From NCBI RefSeq assembly GCF_009914755.1, contig NC_060937.1: DNA of 64,000 nt; one strand, written 5' to 3'. Positions 54,385 through 64,000 of this stretch are shown here, piece by piece (within the stretch, counting starts at the first letter, position 1; each line of letters opens with the position of its first letter). Origin of the DNA: the human T2T-CHM13v2.0 reference genome, Homo sapiens. The notes below the pieces were generated by a model, which saw nothing but the letters and a program-made list of their open reading frames with translations, did no database searches and was not told the DNA's origin. The position numbers were made by a program, and so were the translations under genes.

Positions 54385-55877
54385 TAGTCGCTTGGTTATC
54401 TCAAAATTAAGATGTCAAAATCTAAATTTCCAATCAGGCAGGTCAACCTGTTCCATGCTCCCTTTTCTCCACCTTAGATTCTTGTAGCTCCATCATTTCA
54501 GTTTGTGATTAAGCATCTTTAAATTGCCTCTGGTCTTCTCTTTCTGTCACATCTTAAATCCAATACATCAACAAATTTGCCTGACTCTTCCTTGAAAAAT
54601 ATAGCAGGATGAATCTACCTCCCACTTCCACCACTGTTTTCATCCTAGAAAAAGCTATTATCTTTAGCTTGAGTAGTTATAGTGATCTGCTAACTAGTCT
54701 ACCTACTAAATTCTTTTCTTGCTACAGTCAGTTCTTAGCATAGTTGCCAAAGTTATCATTTATAAATGTATGTTCATTCACGTCATCTTCTCATTTTACT
54801 TAGAGTAAAATAAAAGTCTATAAAATAGTCTGTAAAAGCTATAATATGTAGGGTTAATTTCTCTCTGTGACATTATTGTATACTACTGTCTTCCTTGATT
54901 ATCCATTTCTGTTTAGGTTGGCTTCACTAGTTTTCCAATGCTCCAGGGTTCCCCATGGCTCTCGGTCTTCGTACTGGCTGTTGACTCTTCCAAATACCCA
55001 TGACTCATTGCTTCATTTCCTTCCATTTTTGCTCATCTTTCACCTAATCGGCGTAGTTTCATCTGACTACTTTTAAAATCACAAGACTCTCGGTATAATC
55101 CTCCCCACTTACTCTATTACATTTTTTTCCCACAGCACTTTTATCTTTTAAATATACTGCCTAATGTAATTATTTATTTTCTGTCTCCTCTCACACTACA
55201 ACACTTATGGAGTATAGCACATTTACTTGTTTATTCCCTGTTCTATCCCTTGCATCTAACATAATCCTTACTAACTAACTGTTGAATAATTGAGTTGGAT
55301 GGAGGCCTTGAAATTAAAGAGAACTTCCTGGATTAAAAACAATACCAGGGCAGGTACCACATTTGTCTTGCTCCTGGACACATCATCCATGCCTAACACA
55401 GTGCGAAGAACATAAGAAGACTTTGGTAAATTTATGTTTATTTAACAAATTACCTCCATAAAAAGTCAATTTAGCAAGTATATTGAATTAGAGTATATCC
55501 ATTTACATTTGGTAGTACAAATATTTTGCTCAGATATTTGAATTTTACCTAATTAAAATTATATAAATATGTACTTATGATATGAGAATATATCCTACTT
55601 ATAGTTAAAAGATTTAAAATAGGTAAAAATTTGTATATGTGTATTATATATGCATATAGATAGATATATATGTGTATATATGTGTGTGTGTGTGTATATG
55701 CATAATACACACATATTTTAGTTTGGCAAATTACATCACATTAAAAATAGTCAAGAAAGAAAATATTGTATAAATGATAGGGATTTTACATATGCAAACA
55801 ACTAAAGACAGAATGTAATTTTAATCTAATTAATATCATGTACCTGTGATCACTGTAGATTCAATTTGATAAGTTTT

Positions 55878-55992
55878 AATTTTTTTTTTAAATGGGTATT
55901 CACTGTGTTGTCCAGGCTGGCCTTGAACTCCTTGGCTCAAGCAATCTTCCTGCCTCAACCTCTCTAGTAGTTCAGATTATGGGCAAGTGCCA
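55878..55992 (-). mobile_element. FLAM/Alu monomer fragment
   Basis: cactgtgttgtccaggctggccttgaactccttggctcaagcaatcttcctgcctca. Confidence 0.75.
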
Positions 55993-56697
55993 ATCACAAA
56001 GGATCCACATAAAGTAAGATAAAATGTGAAAAAAGTAGACCACTATTGAAAATAATGAAATTTTTATGATAATAAATTGAAGTCTAAATGGTAATATAAA
56101 TGTTTGCTTGTGTAGCATCTAAGATTTCTGAACTAGTAATCAAACTCTAATTAAATCACACAACAGGAGGATGGAAATGCAATTCAATTAACAAGATTCT
56201 TCTTTTTTGATACACTTGATTCTTTCTCCTTGGTCTATTTCTTTGATATTGTGTTCTAATTTTTCAATGTCACATTAGCTGATAAAAATCAACAAGAAGC
56301 TGAAGAGAGTGAGAAGCCCGTCACATTGTCGAATTGCTGTAAATATAACCTGATAATGAATGATGCATTTTGAAAATATATGCATATGCTTCTATCTTGG
56401 TCAATGTAGCAGCACGTAATAGAGAGATTTGGGAATTCAACTGCAGTTTTTAAAATTAAAATACTTAAAAGTGAGACATTATACTTACCCAGTGTTAAAG
56501 ACACAATTATTCAATTAGTTTATTTTTATTCTAAAAGCATATGCTGAGCATCTAAGAGCTATAGCTTTAGTGAAATTATAATTACAGTTCATCTATTCTA
56601 GAGATACTTATAATCCAAGAGCAGAATCAGATATATACACAACAAATTAGGGAAGATATAAGGTATTGAGTTCAAAGATGAAGAAGTATAAAAGGAA

Positions 56698-56993
56698 GGG
56701 CGGGCATGGTGGCTCACGCCTGTAATCCCAGCACTTCGGGAGGCCGAAGTGGGTGGATCACTTGAGGTCAGGAGTTTGAAACCAGCCCGGCCAACATGGC
56801 AAAATCCCACCTCTACTAAAAATACCAAATTAGCCAGGAATAAGTGGCGCACGCCTGTAATCTTGCTTACTGGGGAGGCTGAGGTAGGAAAATCACTAGA
56901 ACCAGAGAGGTGGAGGTTGCAGTGAGCCAAGATCACGTGACTGCACTCCAGTCTGGGTGACAGAGTGAGACTCCATCTCAAAAAAAAAAAAAA
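56698..56993 (+). mobile_element. AluS (Sz/Sx-like)
   Basis: Full dimer with poly(A); flanking repeat GTATAAAAGGA at 56686-56696 and 56995-57005. Confidence 0.95.
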
Positions 56994-59439
56994 GGTATAA
57001 AAGGACATGATGAAAATGAAAGGGAGGTAAAGATTATATTGTAACAGAATAAATGATCTAATAATAAATAATTTATTTGCACAAGCAAAAGTTTTTTAAA
57101 AAATTAAAATTAGCATAAGTTTAACAAGGTATTGTTAAATACCTAGTGTTAGGTATTTGCCTAAAGGGATTCCATCATTTTTGCTGGCATCTGAGCCTGC
57201 TCTGACTAGGGAAATTGAAGAAGAAAGGTAGTATTTATAAATGTTCTTCTTTACCAATGTCGAAAGTGGGCTGCCCAAGCTCTGAGGCAGGGTCCTTGGA
57301 AATGAAGTTGGCTGTCTTAGGTCTCCCTGGATAGACAAAGTAGCCTAAAAGCTGGAATTTAAGAAAATAATTGCATTGACTTTTGTCATTTAAAATGAAT
57401 GAAGCCTGAAGTACTGAGTCTTCAGAACTTCTGAAATACAGTCATGGGGATTCCCTGACGGCTCAAATGTTAACACTTTTGATAATGGATCATGGGGAAA
57501 ACTGGGAGGTTATTAGAAAATAGGACAGATAGAGTAACAGAAGAGGCACTCAATATACTAAAGACTGTCTAATATTCAATGAGTAAAGAATATTTCAATG
57601 TCTTAACAATACAAGCACAAAGTTTAATGCCATTGGCTGAGTAGTCCCACTTAAGAGTTTCATACCACAAAAGGAAGAATGTCACAGAAGCCAACTCCTG
57701 AGTCTTTATTTAAAACATATTAAATCCAAATGGAATCTATCAGAGGACAGGACGTACCTATGAAGATTTCTTTGTAATGCCTTTGTAAATTTTCATTGGA
57801 AAACTTTAAGTTTTTTTTTCTACACCAAACTGAAAATCTAATTCTAATCTACATACTAACGTTAATCTTCATCACACAGACACGCAGATATAAAATACAA
57901 TGAAAATTGCTATTTTGGTAAATAAAGCCCACATATTAGTAACAGATAAAGTTATGTTGCTTTTTTACTATGTTGAAAGCTGGCCTGCTTCTTCTACCTA
58001 AATTTCAGAGATGTTCAATTTCAGATAAACTTAGCTTGTTTAGAAGTTACTCAATAAATGACTTCCAGAAGAGCTATTGTGTGACATTTAATTCTAGAAT
58101 ATAAACATGTTTTGAGAAAAATGAAGCATTAAATAGACCATCATAATATATTCAATATGAAATGTCAGTGTACATTTTAGAAATATACGTATTATTTTAT
58201 TCACTTTTTTTTTATTTTTGGTGATAGCTAAGAATGAAAGACTCACTGACAATAGTGCTTTTTAATATATCCACCAGTAAACATTATTAGCTAGAATGGT
58301 AAGAAATGCATCTTCTAGTTTTTGTATGTAGATAAAGCAGTGTGAATTTTAATTATATTCTTTTATGTCATTATAAATTAGTCTGGTTTAAGAATGTTAT
58401 GCACTGTAGAATCATACCATGTTAGAAATATTGACTACCGAATCAATAGTTATGTCTTTTCTCCCTTTCCTCAGACCATGTCTTCAATGTAGATTTTCTG
58501 CCCCTGTCAATATAGTGAGAATAATAAAAATCAATTATTTCTATGACATAGTTTGTGCAGTGCATATAATTTAGTCCCAGAAATGTCCTTCAAAAAATTG
58601 TTTACATTAATCATTTGGATTGTAAGTTTATTATAGTGCCAGCTTCTATATGCCAAACCATGATGTTTCTGATTAAGTACATTTAGTGATATAGGTTTAA
58701 AGAACAAACTACATTTTGAGAAACACTGGTTTCCTGTCATTTAAAAACACACACCACACACACGAAAACATAAGACAAATGATTTGAGTAAACAAATTTT
58801 CTTCTTACTTAAAATTGCTTATCCAGCATTCTAATCAGTGAGAATATAGTGTACCCAAATAAACAGTATTTCATCCTTTTAAACTTTTGAAAGAAAATCT
58901 CACTTACCTTTTGCCTTTGTAGTTCAGTTCAACAAATCTTAAATGCTGTCTGTGCACTAAGCACTGCCGATACACAAATTGGGGTGACTTCCAACTTGTG
59001 AGAACTTCAGCTGGTAGTAAATGTGGCAATTAATCTTTTATATTTGAATATCTTTGTAAGTTAATTTCAAACATTTCCGTTACAATGTTGATGATAAACA
59101 AAAGAAAAATGTATAGCAAAAGAAAATAGAATGTATATATACACAAATATGTGTGTGTGTGTATAAACACACATGAGCACACAGTGTCTTTGTAATATGC
59201 TATCTTTAAATAATGGAAGAAAGAAAAAAACATGTGATTAAGTTCATCTGATGAAATAAGAAAATATCCTGACTATAGATATTGATTATACTTTAAAAAA
59301 TGTTTACCTATGAAAAATTTAAGCACTTGAAAATATGAAATGCAATATGAGATAGCTATAGATTCTCTGCTTAAATTTAACAAAAGCTAACTTTTTTGGC
59401 AAAATTAAAGAATGAATGAATTTATATGATTGACGAGGA

Positions 59440-59660
59440 AATAAAAGGTGCTAGGATATAACTCCGATGATTCACTCCTTTGTTCAGCACCCTCACCTTG
59501 AGTGAAGGTGGACACCGTGACTTTCTTGCAACCAATGGAACATAGAAAAGCCGACAGGCTGTCACTCTTATGAGTACTTTGCATTGCATAAGATTCTGTC
59601 GTAGCTGACTATTTTGAAAAACTCTGCTGTTGACCTTAAAGAAACAAGCTGCTATGACCA
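59440..59660 (+). mobile_element. MLT1 (E/F-like) LTR fragment
   Basis: ccttgagtgaaggtggacaccgtgactttctt..aaccaatggaacata...gaaacaagctgctatg. Confidence 0.6.
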
Positions 59661-61972
59661 TTCTGTCTCTTTAGGAGTACAATAAGAAATTAATTTAGAA
59701 ATCAGTGTGCCATCCTTTCAAGAGTCTTTTGTTTTTCACATGATGAAAAATATACTGATATATTTAGTGTCATAATATCATAAAAAAGTATAAAGTGTAA
59801 CTATTGTATAATAGTTTCTTTTTCAATACTTTATTAATTATTTCAAACTGTATAATTGTGACCCAATGGATATGCATTAAAATCAAGGTCAAAGAAGAAA
59901 TGGAAGTATTAGCCGCAAAAGCAACAAAATGATTGTGGCAAGCACATAATGTTTCCCTTTTTCAAAATATTCTTCTCTTAATCTAAAAGACATATTTATG
60001 CTATATCCAATCTTACAAATCACATATCCCTTCTTTGGTGAAGATTTTCACAAATCTCCCCTTCTAGAGTAAATATGCCTCCACTTGCTTAGTAACTCTC
60101 TTATTCTCTTACCATGATGCACTTGCCACTATTTTAGATTATTGATCAGTTGGTTCATTGATTATTAATTCTTACAGATTTCTACAAAAACTTAAGCTGC
60201 ATAGGAATAAGCACTTTAAATTTTTCATCACTGCTTTCCTAGAAATATTCCCTCAGACATGGTAGTCCTTTAAGAAATATTTATTGAATAAATAAAAACT
60301 GCAAAAAGAAAGGTTGCAAAATTTCACTTAATGCTTGAATAGCTATCTTACAATGATGGTAAAAACAAACATGAATCTCCAGAAAGTAAAATATTATTTA
60401 AACAATTTAAGGAAGAAAGTCTGTTGGAGGTAGGATATAATTCTGACATAAAAATTAGAAAATCTAAGGTTTTTCAACGTGCTTTCTAAATATGAAAGAA
60501 AATTTAAGGATCAAAATTATTTTCTACTCTCCAGAATCTTTAGTTTCATAATTAAGAATGCTCTCTAGACTTTTTAAAATCAACTCTTTGTCGTATTTTC
60601 ATTATTTGCAAATACACCATTACATATATATACACATTATATATAATATATATGGAATTATATGTATGTATGTATATATAATGTAATACTACTCTACTAC
60701 TGCATTGGATATGTTTTCACTATCTTGTACTGCAATATATACATGTTAAACTAGCTGTATTTATTAATATTAGATATCACCATAAGTATTTTCCTCATTA
60801 ATTTTATTAAAAGGAAAAAAATGCTTCATGATTGAGAGTGAGATTTCATCATCATCATGAATATGATGGCCAATGGAAACAGAACCATTTAAAGAGTCAT
60901 CATACTAATATAAACTATCTTAAAATGCCTAAATACTTGGTTGTATCTGATTTTTTCCCCAAAAAATGAAGTAAAATTTCTATAATCTGTTATTGTACTT
61001 TTTCATACATACAAACTTCCAATTATATGTTTTAGTTTTCTTGAATACTTTCATATGTGTAATTGTCTCTTCAGAGTCATTAATGTATGTCTGTAATTAA
61101 AAATGTATTGTGATATATAAAGACAGCAAAAGGTATTGTCTGAGAATAAATATTTTGTTAGTTTGTTACCATGTTTAAATACTTAGCAAGGGAAGTATAA
61201 TTCTATTTCATTCCATTCAATCTGTAATAATTTGGCCTCCTATGGGTTTCCATAATGATCAAGAAATCAAGAAGAAGCAATATTGTAATCTAATATATGG
61301 ATGAAAAACATAGTAAATTTTATAACATATTTTAATTTTGTTATGTAGTTGAATGTTTATATTTGCTGATTATGTAACTGATGACCAGCAGACATCTTAC
61401 ATTCATTTATTTTAAAGAATTATATAACCAAAAGTTGTAATTCTACCTCCTTTGTTGTCTTATCATTAAACATTATCAAGATAGTAGGTATTATATACAA
61501 CTAACACACAGTATTATAATATATTGAGGATTAAAGAACAGATACAGTTTTAATTTGTAATTATTTACAATAACATGTTTTTACAGGTTTATAATTAGAT
61601 AAGAAAAATCTTTTTGCAATGTTTGTGGTAAAACTACTTAATATCTCCATTCTGTGTTAAGTATTTTTATTGTTCCACCTCCAAATCACCAAAGTGAATT
61701 TTTAAATTGGATTTGGTAATTAAAATATAGGGGAACATTATTTATATGAATAATTGACTTATTTGTTTTGTTTGATGAAGACATATCTCACTAGCTCCCA
61801 ATGCATACGAACATTTACAAATGAGTTTGCATGATTTTAGTTGTGACTTTTATGAGCTTGGTTCCTGTCTGTGCCATATTAAAACATTTTTCTCAACCAT
61901 CAGAATCATAAAGAAATGATAACTGACAGATTACATTTTTCTAATTATTACCAAATAAAGGTAGAAAACATG

Positions 61973-62007
61973 TGTATCAGTTTGGGTTATACTAAACTAA
62001 CATTTTA

Positions 62008-62054
<47 letters not shown>

Positions 62055-62446
62055 AAAGTGAGAGAGAGAGTTGTGAAGCTTTTTCAAGAAATTATTTTAT
62101 ACAATTGTTGGGGTCCATTTAGGCAAATCTGTGGGGTGGGCCAGCCACAGACTGGAAAACCGGAAACTCTGAGTTAGGAGCTAAAGCTGCAGTCAACTTG
62201 CATAACTTCTTCCTCAGGGAAACCTCAGTTTTTGCTCTTAAGGTCTTTCAACTGATTAGATAAGGCCAACCCAGATTATCAAGGTTAATCTTGTTCACTC
62301 AAAGTCACCTAATGATAAATGTTAGACACATCTGCAAAATATTTTCAGAGCAAAACTTCTATTAGTGTTCAATTGAATAACTGAATACACTTGAATAACT
62401 GAATACTGTAGCCTAGCCAAGGTGATACATTAAAATAAGCATCACA
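61973..62446 (-). mobile_element. MLT2 (D/E-like) solo LTR with internal (GT)n(GA)n at ~62008-62070
   Basis: cttcctcagggaaacctcagtttttgctcttaaggtctttcaactgatt...gtagcctagccaag...catcaca; TSD ACATG at 61968-61972 and 62447-62451. Confidence 0.88.
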
Positions 62447-64000
62447 ACATGTGAAAGAAAGAATATATGTAATACATATACATATATATATATATATATA
62501 TAAACCTACTTATAGGATAAACAATTGGATACTTATTAGATTGTCTTGATGGAAAATGTCAGTACAATTATTCCATTTTACGGTTTGAAAACAAATATAA
62601 CACTACTTTGATTATTTTCTATAAGTATAGTTTTATATTTTGTCACTAATAATGGAAATGGATGTTTTTTAACTGCGACTCAGTCACATGTATTGGTAAA
62701 CACAAATGATGTATTTGTAAACACAAATGATGTATTTGCACTGTAATATTTGAATTCTCTTTTTCACAGTAAGCACTTTTGTTTCTAATAAAATAAAGAA
62801 GGTGAAATATCTTGATATTTTCTTGTGGGTTTGTGAAGAACAATGAAACAACATGGTATAAAAGAACTGCTCATAATTATGTAACATTTGTGAAATATAT
62901 TGTTATTAACCATAGAATGATAAAAAAGAAGTGTTTATCTTTGATTGCAATAATAAAACATTATTAATTTTATTATAGGTGAACTCTATATAAACCACAA
63001 AAACAGATAGATGAAAGGTTCTTTTTAAACCTTTTTTGTAAAATTTATCCTTTGAAATATTCCTGTGAACATAATCAAATCGCTAAAATTATCCACCAAA
63101 AAGCGATGGGGAATTTTACTTCTTTGTGCAGAAAAATAATTTACAAAACAAATGTTTGAAAGTAACATCAATTTTCACTTTCAATTATTCAATAAATTGT
63201 TGAAATTATTTATAGGTTATTGATTATTAGTTTTCCAAACATTCAGTTATCAGAAAGCACATCAAATAGAGAAAAACATTTACACCTCCAACAGAACCCA
63301 ACAAATGAAACACAAGAGCAAAAACATGAAGAATCATGGAAAAAAAATAAAAAAAACCTGTTATTTTGTGACTTACGACCCACAAATCAGATTGGGCAGG
63401 GAAAGAATTTTAAAAGAACAATTTTTTTTGACATTTATGGATCATATATGACATACAATACTTCCGATAACAAAATATCTTCAAACTACAAAATAAGTTG
63501 AGGTTGGCTATGCAAAAACAAAACAATAAAAAACAAATAAGCAAAAATACCTTTACTATGTTAGAGCACATTAAGCCTTTTAAATGATATTTATAATTGT
63601 TAACTTTATGATGTGGAGATTTCCAGATAGTTGGATTTTTTTAATAAATGAAATGCTATTATATTTTACTATTCTATTATTACAGATAAATAATTTATTT
63701 CTGTCAAATTAGCAGAATAAAGAGTATTTTGGCCACAAAATCACAGTGTAGGTATTTTTGTTTTAAGCTGAGTAAAAATAATGTGACCTATGAATCTTGG
63801 CTAATTATTAGAGGAAGTAAGCAGCAGATTAATTATTTTGTTTTCTTTGGGAAATCTAAAACTAAACAAAATTCATGCAAAAGTGAAAAAAGTGTCTTCA
63901 ACTTCCACTTACCCTAAAATTTATTTCAAAATTAATTTTCTACCCATTTTAATATATTTATTACTTTCTTATAAAAGGTACATTTTTGCATTAGTATAAC

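Larger units (their letters stand above)
52960..55290 (+). mobile_element. L2 remnant interrupted by MLT2A and Tigger2a
   Basis: Pyrimidine-rich degenerate L2 motifs (gtcttcatctca, cacatcttaaatccaatacatcaacaa, cacagcacttttatc). Confidence 0.6.

Noticed and set aside
56598-57008. Alu-derived ORFs (also at 1666, 1784, 13310-13659, 17982, 32162, 32479, 34854)
   Set aside because: Standard Alu translations.

Overview
AT-rich, CpG-poor primate DNA, very likely human (AluY/AluS/AluJ, THE1/MST, LTR7/HERV-H). It is intergenic or deep-intronic: I can support no intact cellular gene, and all listed ORFs are repeat-derived or chance ORFs. The window is a layered set of transposable-element fossils. The centrepiece is a two-LTR, env-deleted HERV-H provirus (25088-30940, minus strand, TSD TTGCC, tRNA-His PBS). 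About 2 kb to its left lies an independent, oppositely oriented solo LTR7 (22660-23110, TSD AGTTG), so the two are convergent and form an inverted repeat. Both sit in a nest of L1 sequence. Also present: a full-length MST MaLR with TSDs, a deleted THE1, decayed ERV1 and ERVL pol remnants, MLT2 solo LTRs with TSDs, Tigger/MER2 DNA transposons, Alus and several compound tandem repeats. Subfamily labels come from recalled consensus sequences, not a database search. I found no convincing new protein-coding system; the best candidates for novelty are regulatory or structural.
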